A stretch of 64,000 nt of DNA, from the NCBI GenBank assembly GCA_028534125.1, contig CM052816.1:83578001-83642000 (forward strand), written 5' to 3'. Position 1 is the first letter of the stretch; each line of letters opens with the position of its first letter. Below, in pieces: positions 39,378 to 52,897 of the stretch. This stretch comes from Lama glama (Eukaryota). The position numbers and the translations under genes were made by a program. The notes beneath the pieces were generated by a model. The model ran no database searches, was not told where the DNA came from, and saw nothing but the letters and a program-made list of their open reading frames with translations.

Positions 39378-40295
39378 TGTGCAGAAAAGAGTTAGCACTG
39401 CAGGCTCGAGACTCAATCCTAAGGGCCTACTTGTCAAGTTGGCTCTTGGCTGGTGACTGGGATTCCAGTGGGTAAGCACTTCCTTACACTAGTATAAAAC
39501 TTTCCTCAGTGATGAAACCGGCTCACTGTGCTAAAATTATGGCTAATGCTGAACATCTTATTTCATTCTCAGAGTCTAGAATTTTGATATGTGCTAGGTA
39601 GGGTATTATAAAGAGTCTAACTTTATATTCTGTTTGATTGTAAATATTAAGTTTTAACCCCTGTCTCTCATTCCTACCTTTTTAGCCCACATCCGGGTAA
39701 GCTAATCAGAAAGCAGGGGCCGGCTCCTTTCTTTGGTGTTGGCAAGAGATACACATCTTTCATCCCTGCCCCATCATTTAAACCCCATCGAAACCCCAAG
39801 CCAGTTTCCTTCCTAAGACCTGCTTCAGTGCCATGCTGCTACCATTCTTCCACCAGCGAGTCTCACTATGTGAGTAAAAAACCTCTTCATACACTCTCAG
39901 CGTGTGTGTGTGTGTGTGTGTAACATCAGTCTCAACATGCGAACCAAATTTTGTTTGAGGGGACATCCTGCTCTGTAGGTTGATCACAAGATAGAGAGTG
40001 CCTACACAATCAGCCTCTACAGAAACCTTGGATACTAATTATCTTCCTGTAGATGAAACTTTATACATCACAGTCTTTTGCTGGAGAAATTATGCATATC
40101 CTACATGCTACTGGGAGAGAACTCTCTGAAGCTTGTGTAGTTTCTTCCAGACTGCCCCATGTGCTTTCCTTCTTCTGATTTTTATTCTTATAATTTTGCT
40201 ATAATAAATGATAACCATAAGTATAACAGTCCTTTAGTACTGTGAGTCTTTCTACAGAATCACTGAACCTGACATGGTCTCAGGGACCCCTGACA
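39378..40295 (+). mobile_element. MER68-like ERVL LTR, split by a nested LTR
   Basis: Starts tgtgcagaaaagagttagcactgcaggctcgagact...ttggctcttggctggtg. Resumes at ~39992 (gagtgcctac...). AATAAA at ~40203. Ends gggacccctgaca. Confidence 0.8.
39604..39991 (+). mobile_element. MER74-like ERVL LTR nested in MER68
   Basis: 3' end catcagtctcaacatgcgaaccaaattttg...catcctgctctg...gatcacaa matches recalled MER74. 5-bp TSD taggg (39599-39603) / tagag (39992-39996). Contains (GT)n at ~39902-39921. Confidence 0.7.
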
Positions 40296-41129
40296 TAAAA
40301 CATTTACAGAATTTCAGTGGACTAAATTAGATTCAGAAGAGCACACAGGTCTCATTTCTTATGTCACATTTGTCTTCTGGAAGCACTTGGCTAGAGTCCA
40401 TTTACGCAACTGATACTGATAGCGTGTGTGTTCTATCTGCAGAGAATTTCACTATCAGTTACTTCAGTACTGTACACAGGAACAGAGTGGTTTTGCTACA
40501 GTCTTTTCCAACTCTAACCAACTGATTCACAATAATAAACCACCACTGTGAGAAATAAAAACATGCATTTGTCATATCACTATAAAAAGTGGTGTTAATA
40601 TATTTTCTAATAAATGTAAATATGAGAGAAAGAGTAAATATAGAATTAGAGAAATACTGCTGTAGTCTTCCAAAAGCAAATCTTGAAGTAAAAACATATA
40701 TGGTACATTCAGCAGGCCTTTGGAATACGTAAATAATTGCATTTATACAGATAATGAAAAATACGCTTTAGAAAACTAAGTTAGTTTTGAGATTGATCCT
40801 AACAAAATTACAGGTTCCTGTTTCAATTTGAAAGATTGTTCACATTATGAAAGCAATTCACATTCATATTAAACACATAAATCGCAGGAAAAAATCTTTA
40901 AAGACAAAATGATAGGCACTTGTATTCTCATTATCCTGTGATAACTTTGTTATGATTTCTGTGTGTGTATCTTCCTCTTTCTCTCTCTCTATAAATTATT
41001 TAATCAGGAAAAATTTTAAAGCACTTTTAAAATAGTTTTCACTTTGACATATGTTATATTTTATTTTTTGTTTCTTTTCCAAAACATTATTTTTAAACTT
41101 TCACATCACAGTTTTAATATTAATATTTT

Positions 41130-42620
41130 TACTAATCTGGAAGAAGTCTGTACAGACGAAAGAAATAAAGGATTTTAAGAACAACTTTATGCCAATTAAA
41201 TTTGACAAATTGTATGAAAGTGTTTTAAAAACAATGTATCAAAAATAAAGGAAGCAATAGATAATCTGAAAGTCTGATGTCTATTAAAGAAAAATTTTTA
41301 AAATCCCTACAAATTATAATGTACAAGCAGCCCCATACAGCCTCCTTAGAACCCTTCCACACATGTAAGAAAGGAATGGTAGTAGCCTTACAAAAATCCT
41401 CCAGATAATGAAAAAGGAGGAACACAAAGCAATTAATTTTATGAGATCTCAGTAACTTTGATACTAACATAGAAAATTATACTAGAAGGGAAAAAATAGA
41501 AAAACATCACTCTTATAAAGACAGATTTCAGAATTACAAACAAAATATTAGCAAAAGAAATCAGGTGATAAACAAAGGTATAAATACATCCAATAAAATA
41601 GGTTAATTTCTAGAATATCTGAGCAATTGTAGCATCCACAATACTTTTAATATAATTCATAATATTGACAGAAATAAAAGGCCACAGTGTATCTACAGAT
41701 ACAGAGAGTTAGGCTGATAAAATAATCAATCCATTCATGACATTAACTTTTAGTAAACTAGAAATAGAGGGTAACATTTTTATTTAAACAAACAGTAATA
41801 CTCCCCAAATCTACAACTCTAATCAATAACAGTGAAATATAAAAAGCTTAACCCTGAGTTCAGTATGAGGCAAGGATGCCTGGTATAGCTAATACTGTAA
41901 AACATTGTACAGGGGCTACACCAGAACAATAAGGCCAAACTTAAAAAAAGAAAAATCAATGCAATGTAAGAAAATATGATTTCATATCATAAGAATATTT
42001 TAAAAGTAAAAACATGGTTTGGGGAGGAAGAGATAATTGCCATTATTTGCAGATAAGACATATCCACCAGAATAGCTAATATGTTGAAAAGAGACAAAGC
42101 AAAATGTTCTGAAGGTCTTCAACTACTTGAAATAACATCTTCTGTTGGAAATAAAAATAAGTAGAAAAAATTTCAGAGAAGCGAACACATGTATGACCTG
42201 TGATAAGGCAAATTTCAGTCCTGGGTAAATAACCTAATGGCAATATGCAAATACTTTTATAAAAGACATGTACAAGAATGTTCATAAAGGCACTACTTGC
42301 TACAACCCCAAACTGGAAACTAGTCAAGTGCCCATCAACATCAGAATGAAGTTGTGTTATTTTACTTAATAAAACAGGATTTAATAATTACAGTGAACAA
42401 ACTTTAATCACATAGAAAAATACGAAAGAGTATCATAGTATAATGTTGACATAATACCAAAAAAACCAGAGTATTTTCTCTATTAATGAAGTTTCAAGAC
42501 AAGAAAATCTCCTCCTTGGTGTTGGAAATCAAGATCAGGGCTTATCTTGGAGTAGGTGGGGTTAGTGGTGGGAAAGGGGTAGAAAGGAGCCTTCAGGGAT
42601 ATTGATACTTTCCTGATTCT
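41130..42620 (+). mobile_element. Old L1M ORF2/3' fragments
   Basis: aacaactttatgccaattaaatttgacaaatt..., aaaatattagcaaa..., cattatttgcagata (LFAD), acaagaatgttcataaaggcactacttgc...aaactggaaac. Confidence 0.8.
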
Positions 42621-45600
42621 TGAGTGACCTGGTCATTTTCTGTTTCTATAAATATTCAATGAAGAGTTTAAATATTTTTCTTTGTACTTCATTTTATTGT
42701 AATTTTCCCTAAAGTACACCTTAATTGATTCTTGAGAATTTTTCTATGTATCAGTCACCTTAATCAGAGTATCATACAACAAAATATACATGTAATTTGA
42801 AGCTTATTTTTAAAAATATCCCATTGCCCTAGATCTCTAATTTTTATAATTGAGTTTTTAATAATATTTTATAAAATCATTATCAGTTAAGTTTTTAAAA
42901 AACTTACCACCAGTACATGATTATCAAAATCAGTACAAGATACATATGTATATATCTTATATTTGACCAATATTTACTAAAAATAATACCTTAATTTGAT
43001 AGAAAAGCCTTATTTAAAACTATTACATACACAAACGGCTACTAATATTTGCTGAACTGGAACAGTTTTCAACAGTCTTCCTTTCTATAGCTACAGGCAC
43101 TGAGAAAATTTGTTCACATAAAAAAAGTAAATAGAAATTACAAAGTATTTTAGTAATGTCACAACTTCTTGTACACCTCCTGACTTACACGACAAAAGTT
43201 TTATAGTAATTTATCATCAAAAATTATTTTAATGTTCTACAAGATGGATACTGAATTTTGTTTTTCATTCACTATGTTCAGAATCAAAAAAAAAGGACCA
43301 GTTTTAAAAGGATTTGTTACTCAGGAATTGGCATTTCCTGTTTTTTCAATAACTTCATCAGTTAAGCATAATATTTTAAAATATCTCTTTGCTGGTTATA
43401 TGGCAGTTTGTTACTCCCAGCATATTTTTCCCTGGTAAGATTCCAAATATGTAAGAGATATTAAGAAGGGACAATTTTGAAAGTGTAAGCAAGATTGGCA
43501 GGTGAATTCCTATAATGATCCGTTTTAAGGAAGAATGAAAATAGGGTATAAGGATCTGAAAATTATCTTGATTGTTTGTAGTATCATGAAATTTGGGAAA
43601 GTGTCATGTTTCCTAAGGTGACCATAGATCATTATAAAGACTGCTACACTGTTCTGCCTTTCAACTCGATCGTTGTCCACATATCCAACTATAAGAACAT
43701 TCTATAGCCAGCCCACATGTACCTACAAAAAGGCTGACTGGAATTGTAGAGGGCCAAGGGAGTGGTGCATTAGAAAGCATAAACAGTTGAATTTTTAGAG
43801 GAATGGAGATCCAAGTCCAATAGTAAATGACTTAGGACCACCTGTAAACTGCTTAACTATTCTGTGGTCAAAATAAGAGAGAAACGAGTGAAAGAGAAAG
43901 AGGAGAGAGGGAAACATGTATTTAACAAATTTCTTAGAAAACATATTAAATGACTGTTCATAGATTTTTATTTCAAAGAAAATTATGATTTAATCTGACT
44001 ACAGCAGGGCACTTGATACAGAAGTGGGAGAAAATAATTTAAACGGCACTCATTTCAAGATTGTTTCTCACGAACATAAACTGCATTCTTAATGTATAAT
44101 AATCTTTAATTCCAGATAATCACTTTAATTATTATTTTTATAATGCATTTTAAAATATTACTGATGTTGAGAGAAGACTCAAGAAATACACATACATAAC
44201 AAAGCTGCTGTTATTTCCTTATACGGTTTGATGAGAACAATTAAGTTTTTATTTCATAGTGAAAGAAAATTCAGCTTATATAAAGAGACATACTGTTAAG
44301 ATTCTTTAGAAATATTTTATTCAAATGTCAGAAAATACTTTTTATGTCATAGTGAATTATTTTTTCATGTTTCTATTGAACTTGACACTTTGTTTCCTTT
44401 GAATAGGATTTTAGTTAAAAGCCATGAACTTGAAAGTTTAGTTTACTGACACCAAAGAAATTCTCTAAACTTTTTATCGTGTCACCATTCTTATCTTATA
44501 ATATCCCCTTGACAATTTTGACTATCATCACAGATGTTTAATGCTTGCTAATCTATCTTGTCTTCAAACCATTTCATAGGAAATTTACATACACAAAGAA
44601 TTCATGCAAATAATGGGGTTACTACTCAACCTTTCGTAGCATGGAAGCTGTGCATATAAAGGAGGCTGCTAAAAAATTTCCCAACATTATGGCTCCAGGT
44701 TTAAACTGCTGACATTTTTTTCATAGGAAGTGTGTGTGTCAGGAGACATTTCTCACTCCCATTGGTTCTGTTGCTGCCTTTTGTTGTGTTTTCAGTACAG
44801 TCGCTAAACTCTTCCATCTCCATCCTGGAAAACTAATGCTACCTAGAGATACTATTGCTTGTTCCTTGTCCTGGCATAGGTGTTGCTTTGCTTTCCATTC
44901 CCAATCATCTGGCAGAGGTAAAATTTAAGAGAAAGAAAGGAATGGAGACATTTATGCTTAGCCTTGGCTGTTAGCTTGCAGAGTCACAATTTTAAGTGTT
45001 TCACTATGAGGAGGAACAGAAAGGACTGAAGTCTATTGTTTCAACATAAGTGGTTTTCCTTGAGTTGGAAACATTTGTCCTCTATCCAAATAGTAAACTT
45101 TATTTCACTTGTGTGTTTTACTCTCCTGGACAGCTCTTCCTGTTTATTTTCTTTTTTTCTTTCTTGTTTTTAGTCATGGCCTAGCCTTGAGTGAGAAAAG
45201 ATTGATGACCAAAGTTGTCTGGTGATTTACTAGACCATCCACTCAATGCACTGTGAAAAATCTCATTCTTTTACTAATGTTATTATTTACTAAGCAGCAG
45301 ACACCAAATGCTGTCACTGAAACTGCTGAGCTTCCCAAATCAATCCTTTAAAAATTAATTTTATGTTTAGTGTTAAATAACTTATAAAATTAGCTTGAAG
45401 TGAAGCTATGCGAAATGTCTAAAATTGGTTTATAAAATAATTGACCACTGTAGCTGCAAGTTCAAACTTAGATTAGCATTCATTTGGCATCTTTCCATAC
45501 CAATTATTTCAGACTCAAAATTTTATCTTCTGTGGGAACACTCCCTAGCCTCTGTCTGTCCCTTTTAAACTCAATTTCAGTCATCGCCATCCTTTTTCTT

Positions 45601-48026
45601 GGAAATGTGAATGTTGGGTTAATTAAAAAAAAAAAAATGACAAAAACAAAACTGAATTACAAAGGAATATTTAAATGTGAGAATTAAGGCAATAATAAAA
45701 AGCAACAAATGATTAATGTTGTGAACATTTACAAAGTTTATATGCATTTACTTTTTAGTACCTCCACCCATGATGCTGTAAATAAAAAATGAGATAAAAT
45801 AAGAGGCGGAATGGCCATCATTATTGACCGAGATCAGATTTTCAGGTGCCCTTTTCGTTTCTACAAAGAGAGCAATTTTGTTATTTAATACTTTATAGTC
45901 TGATTTGGTGTATATAGTGTCATTATTAGTTTTAAGAAACTTTAATTATAAATGCAAATAATTTCATTATATTTATTACAATGATTAAAATGGTCTGCTT
46001 AGTGTCTTTTGTTGTTGTCAACAAGCTGTAAAGAAAAACTACCCAGAATTTGAAAATAAGTCAAAAGAATATACTGTAGGATTTCAATGCCATACTGGGT
46101 ACTGTTAAACTAGCTCCCTCTGCCCTTAGGATTATTTAATTACCTAGTGGAATGTTCCTGTGTGCTGACTGTGCTATTTACTGTTTGGCTAAAGCCTAGA
46201 CAATGTAAGGTGCATGCTAACATGCAGATTTCTGTCCCAATGAGAAGAAAACCCCAGAGTTTATGGTTTTATCACCCTATAGGGCATTTTCTAGTTTTAT
46301 ATCTAACTTAATCATGCTGATCTAATTTTTTTTCCAGAATGACTATTAATTCCCAATTTTTCAAAATGTTCTTTGAATTAGCATTATACTTTTACTGATT
46401 TCCTCATTAACGAGTTACTACATCTTTGACACGTGCATATTATACTTGTAGAAGAAGTATGCTTTTAACTTTTTAAAACTTACATTTTGACACTATAAAA
46501 TGCAGCTTACTCCCCTATATGTTCGTTTCATTATTGAGTTAAATTTTATATATTCACCTACCATAATTGAAATTGTTAAATCAAAAATCAAGTTGCAAGT
46601 TTAAAATGTTTACTAAAAGGGTCAAAAATGTTTAACTTTCTGTGATTGATCAAAGAAAAAATTTTTGTAGATAAGCTTTGATTCCCATATGATTTTACAG
46701 CTGACAAAAATCATGCAAATTAATGCTGAATTTTCTGAAACTCTTCACTTTGATCTCAATACCAGTTAGCTCTAAACTTACCACAGCTCAGTAACCATCT
46801 TAAGAGGCAGATTTGTTCACTGGTTCATGTGTCTTTATTTCTTTTGTAAGTGTATAAACCCTGAACTATTTTATTCCCTTTTCTTGCTTGACTCTTGTCT
46901 AACTGGAATTAATTTCTTCCACTTTCCTCTGCCCTATGATGGTTTGCCCACAGAAATCTACAGTCAAGTGCATTTTCCTTCTATTTTTACAATTCAACTT
47001 AACTTTTAAGAAGGATTTAGGTATGAGCTTCTCTTATGTCAGAATATTCCTCATCACATTTCTTACTGAAACTATGTGTACACGTTTAAGGCAAAGGTAA
47101 CAACAAACAAAAATTTAAAATTTAAATATTTCGTATCATTTACAAAGTATAGTAAACAGAGTATATTTCCTTTAAAGCCTCCTCTATTGAAATGTGTAAA
47201 ACTGTCAGGAATAGACATGTAAATTTTACTTGGATTGAGCAATCAGTGTCAGGAGATGATGTCATTTGCATGATGTAAGTATTCACAGCTTTTAAAATCA
47301 AAGCTGATAAAATAGAAAAATATCTCTTTTTACTCTACTGAGCATATTGCATTTCCACTGGGGGAAGGTAGTTTATGAAACTTCAGAGAAAATTATGTTG
47401 GAATTTTCAAAATACTCAACTTGATGCGCTGATGTGTTTCTTCATATAATGTACTGGCAGCTGTGAAGTTTCTTTGTCAATCAGAAGCACCAGTGAGAAG
47501 CATTTCCATATCACAACAAATTTGTCTTGCTAAAGCACCATCAATGTAAACCAGACGATTTTATTTCCCACTGTTAAAAATATGAAACAACATGTAAACC
47601 AACCTAAATTACATTTTTTCTTCATGCAAATTATCTTATTGAAATGTTCTCTCTGCTCACTCAAGCTCTAGTCCAAACACCAGAAAGACACCTCCATGTT
47701 CTGTCTGCAGAGTATAATGTACTTCCTCAAAAAACTTTATGTGATTGATGGTTTAGAATATTATGTTTAACATTCTCATTTACATATCATCATTTTCTCC
47801 TATACCAGTTGAGGAAATCAACCTACTTTAGGTCTTTCTACTACACTCTCTCCCATGTATGTTAATTCTGGGAATTAGAATAGAGTTTATTATTTTCAAA
47901 TAAACCATTGTCATATTCTTTGTATCTAGAAGCAATGATACTGCCATTCTGTTTTATGAAAGTATTTGTTTCAGGGTTTGGTAAATGAAGCAGAACCACT
48001 ATGAGTGATAAAAGCGATTTATTATG

Positions 48027-48545
48027 CTGTTGTGATCTTATATAACTGTGAGACTGAGTTAGACCCACTACATAGGTCTGTTATTCTGACAACTGGTACT
48101 GGTCCTGTGGTCAGCAGGTTTGGTTATCAGGGAGGAAAAATGAACATGAAAACGGGGCAGCCATGCAAACTGGTCCCATCAAAGGTGAGCTGAAATCCAG
48201 TGAAATTAACCCATGCCTTTCTTTTATCACTTCTATCCTGTAACCTCAATGTAAATTGCAGAAGATCTGGTACACTACATCACAGAACTCCATGTGAACC
48301 ACACCTAGGAGTTGAGAAAGCTAAACAGAGGGATCAGGCAGAAGCTGAAGTCCAGATGCTGCACTAAGGAGATGGAGAATTTGGAGGAGCTGAGGGCCCT
48401 GAAACCACCTGCCACCATCAGTGACCTAGCTGAGGCATGACAATGTGCTTGAGCTGAAGCAACTCTTGAACTTCTATGATAGTTCTGTGATTTGCTTCCC
48501 TTCCTAAATCCTGTGCACACTTCTCTTGTAGCCTAAGAAGCATGT
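48027..48545 (+). mobile_element. Old ERVL-type LTR remnant (family uncertain)
   Basis: GC-richer ~500 bp block with LTR-like layout (tgttgtg start, ...ttctcttgtagcc). Recall only. Confidence 0.4.
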
Positions 48546-50199
48546 CATTACCGCTCACTATCCTTTAAAATTTAAATTTCCCCATTTGAGATTGTTTTTA
48601 TTCATGTCTTACTTGTCCAGATAGGGCTTAATAATATTTTTCAGGAAAATAAACATGCAGAGTGAACTTTCTATTTGTTGAACATATGGGGAATTTTTGT
48701 TTCTTTTCAACATTCTGAGCTATGGAACGTTTTGTTATTGGCGGTAGTGGTGGGGCTATTTTTGCTGCTGCCGCTGTGTTATATTGCTACCCTTATTATT
48801 GATTTGAGACCTTTAAGAGGTTCATTTATACTTTCCCTGTCATCTTCTTTTTTATTCTCCTAAAGATGATTATGCAAGATTATAGCGATCTTTGAAATTC
48901 AGCATTTTTAGTGGTATAGTCAGATACTATCTCTTCTCATTAATTTTCACTGTAATAAATGAGCTATTTTCATTTGGAGATTCCCATCTATTTCACCTCA
49001 GGATACTTTTTTTTTCCCCTTAGTAAATAATTAAAGTGTCCTTTTACTAGTGTCTACACGTTGTTGTTGTTGAGGTTGTTTAATTTTTAGGAGTCAAGTA
49101 TTTGTATGTAGAAGTGCTATCCATTTTCTGTCCCACTCAGCTGTTTTTTAAAAAATTGTAATTTTCATCACTGTTATTACCTATTAAGTTAAGGAGAATA
49201 TCTTAGGTTTCAAAGGCTCAGCCACCATTTTAATAGCTAGATAGTTTTCCTGGTTGAGTTTGTACTTTTCTGCTTTGACGATAGTTTAAATTTATCTGTG
49301 ATTATTTGCATTATTCCATTTTTTCATAAATCTGGTGACACCTTTATATATATGTATTTTCCACCCTTTTTACACTTTTCCTGATCCTATAATTCCCTTG
49401 CCACACTGGGCTCCAACTTCCTCCGTATATTTTTATTTTTACAATTTCAAAGTTGCCCAGTTTATAGCCAAGACTTCTGTTCTTTATTCATCAATTGAAG
49501 ACTAAAATTTAAAACCTATAAACAGTATTTATACTGTTTTGACTTTCTATATATTTATCTATGCTGAGAGAGATAATATGCTAGGATTGCATTTCTTCTT
49601 ATATGAATCTTGTATGAGGACCCTTGTTCGAATAGAAGTGAATGTTATTTTTAAGCATTAATGTCACATACTCCATTAACTGCTTAAAAAATACAACTTT
49701 TGAAATTTATTTTGACCCTTCTATTATGGATTTCTTTTTATTTCTTTTCTTTAATTCTCTTTTGAGCTTCAAAATGTCTTTCATATTTTTACTAGGTTTG
49801 TGTTAAGGATTTATGCTCAATATAATTCAAATTTTGAGTATGTTTGCTTTCTAGTTTCCAGAAAGGAATCTCCCAGATATCTCCAAGTTTCTTCTTTGAG
49901 AATGGGAAATAGAACTCCTAACAGTCAGTGTACAGAAATCATCCATTTCGTTTGTTGCTGGTGTGTTGGTTGGCTGTTTTTTCATTTTCTCCATTATCAG
50001 CCTCTAAGCAAACTCGTAGCTGTGGCAGTGACTGCAATGGGAACCTGGAGGGAAGAAAATTTAGAGGGTCTGGAAACTTTTTTGATTTTTGAAGTTGTGG
50101 TTGCAAGAGGACTGGGCCAAAACGTGGTATTTTTCTTTTCTCACTGACCTCCCATCACTTAACCCTGGATGTGGTTTTAGTTGCTGAGGTTCAGGGCAG

Positions 50200-50821
50200 A
50201 GCTAACGAACTAAAGCAGCTCCTCACCTTTATGGTTGAAGAGTGAAAAATGGAACCATAGGGAACCAAAAATTACTGCAGAGATCAAAGAAAGGAAAGAG
50301 CTCAAGAAAACAACCTCACAAAATTTTTATGAATCCCTCAGCTCACCACTGATTTGAAGAAAGGTCTCAAATCAAAAATAAAATCTCTCTTTAAAAAAGT
50401 CAAAGAAATATGATCAAAATGAATCAAAGAATGCAAAATAAAGGACATGATAAATATGTACTAAATCAATAAAACTGAAAACAGAATTAGGATAAAACAA
50501 AATAATAATAATAATGTTTATTTGATGAGGTCAATGGAACTGATAAATATTTAGCAAGGCTGACACAGCAACAACAAAGAAATAGAAAACATATATTACC
50601 AGTATCAGGAATAAAAGATGGGATATAAGTAAAGATGCAACAGACACCAAGAGAATGAGGGAGTAGTATAACAAAACCTACAGATAATTTTGGAAGCATA
50701 GATGAAATAGAATTGAAATGAATTTCAATATCTTGAAATCTACAAAATATGAAAACTTACTTAAGATGAAATAGCTAATCTCTATAGTCCTGTAACTATT
50801 AAGAAACTGAAATTAAAAACA

Positions 50822-50855
<34 letters not shown>

Positions 50856-52590
50856 CCCAGCTTCAGGCCCAGATGTTTTTACTGTCATATTCTATCAAAC
50901 ATTTAAAGAAGAAATAACACTAATTCTACAAAATCCCTTCTGGAAAATAGAGTACTAGAGAACATTTTGTAATTCATTTAATGAGGCCATCATTATCCTC
51001 ATACCAACATCAGGAAAATACAATACAAAAAAGAAAATAGTAGATTAATATTCCTCATGTACATACATGCAAAATTCCTCAAAAAAAATCAGCAAATTTA
51101 ATCAAGCAATATGTAAAAATGAATACATCACAGCCAAGTGTGTTGTATTCCAGGAATGTTAAGTCTGGTTCAATGATAGAAAATCAGTCAGTTTAGTTCA
51201 CCATACCATGAATCTCAAGAAAAAAAAAAAGATATATCAATTGACATAGAAAAGGCATTTTGCAAAAACACAACATCATTCATAATGAAAACTCTCACTA
51301 AACAAGGAATAGAAAGGAATACACTTGACTATAAAAGGAATCTATAAAAAGCTTGCATCTAACATGCTGAATGATGATGACTGAAGGGTTCTATGCAAGA
51401 TCAAATAAAAAAGGCAATGATAGCTACACCTACCACTCCTACACTTGTACACTCCTACACTTCTAGTCAATATTGCACTTGAAGGAAGAATAGAAGAAAG
51501 GAAGGGGAAGAAAGGGTTATATGCATATAATAAACTGGGTAAGTCATCTAGAAATAAATAAAACAACTAGTACCACTTCCAATTTGAGTCTTTAGGAGAA
51601 TGCAAGTTTGACTTGGAATTCAAAAGTGAATTACTAAAAAATTTACTGTATTATTGAATTAAAGGGACATATCATGTACTTATCATAATAGACACAGAAA
51701 AAAATGACTTTTTAGAAATCCCAATACCCTTTACAGGAAATTAAAAAATAACAAATTAAGAATAATAACCAACTTTTGTAAACTGATAAAGCTATGTACA
51801 ATAAATCTATATTAATGCATAGATAGCATTCCTCTAGGTACTGAGAACAAAAAAGGATATTCTGTACTACCAATTTTATTCAACATTGTACTGGATGTCA
51901 AAGTTAGGACACTAATGTGTAGGAAAAGAAGTATGCCAATTGGAAAATAAGAGAAAAAACATTATTTTACTCAAATTATGTGACTGTGTTAACAAGAAAA
52001 TCCAAATGAATATTTTGTATAAAATTACTGCATTTGGTGAGAGTTCACTATATTGTTGGATATCAATTCAGTACTAAAATAAAATGCAAATTACCATATG
52101 ATCCAGTAATTTCACTTCTGGATATATACCCCAAAACATGGAAAGCAGAGTCTCAGAAAGTTACTTCTAAATCCATATTCATAGCAGCATTATTCACAGT
52201 AGACAATGGAATATTATTCAGCCTTAAAAACAGAAGGCATCCTAACATATGCTAACAACATGGATGAACATTGAGAACATTATGCTAAGTGAAAACAAAG
52301 TCAGTTACAGAAAGACAAATACCGTATGATTCCACTTATATGAGAATAGTCCTAGAATACTTAGAATAGTCAAATTCATAGAGATGGAAAGAAAAAATAG
52401 TGATTGTCAGACACTTGAAATGGGGAGATGAAGAGCTGTTGCTTCAAGAATATACAGTTGCAGTTTTGTAAGGTGAAAAGAGTTCTGGAGATTGGTTTTA
52501 CAACAATATGAACATAGTTAACACTACTGAACTTAAATATGGTTAAGATAGTGAATAATTTTTTATGTCTATTTAACCACAATTTTAAAA
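50200..52590 (+). mobile_element. L1M fragments (ORF2 pieces plus L1MA/MB-type 3' end)
   Basis: ttcaggcccagatgtttttactg..., aatgaggccatcattatcctcatacca..., gcaaaattcctcaa..., ttaccatatgatccagtaatttcacttctgg (LPYDPVISLLDIYP), and a 3' UTR ending ttaaccacaattttaaaaa. Contains (CA)n at 50825-50852. Confidence 0.85.
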
Positions 52591-52739
52591 ATTAAGTGGA
52601 TTTATATGTATCATTTTTAGTGTCATTTTTCCCTTTTCTTTGCCTTATAAAATCCATTGTCAACTATGCTAACTTTTCCCTACTGATTTTCTCTAGGTAG
52701 TACATCTTCTTTCTAACTATCCATACTCTTAATATCCAT

Positions 52740-52855
52740 AGCAATTTATTAAAGCCACATCTATTAAGTGCTTAAAGAATCTAGGCACTAGTGTATGAAC
52801 TAAGGAAACAGTAGACAACAGACAAACAATGCCTTACCTTGAGAGACAAAGAACA
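52740..52855 (-). mobile_element. L2 3' end (continues at ~54380 beyond the L1 insertion)
   Basis: caatttattaaag...tattaagtgctt...ctaggcactag is the antisense L2 tail. Confidence 0.55.
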
Positions 52856-52857
52856 TT

Positions 52858-52866
52858 AAAAAGTGT

Positions 52867-52897
<31 letters not shown>

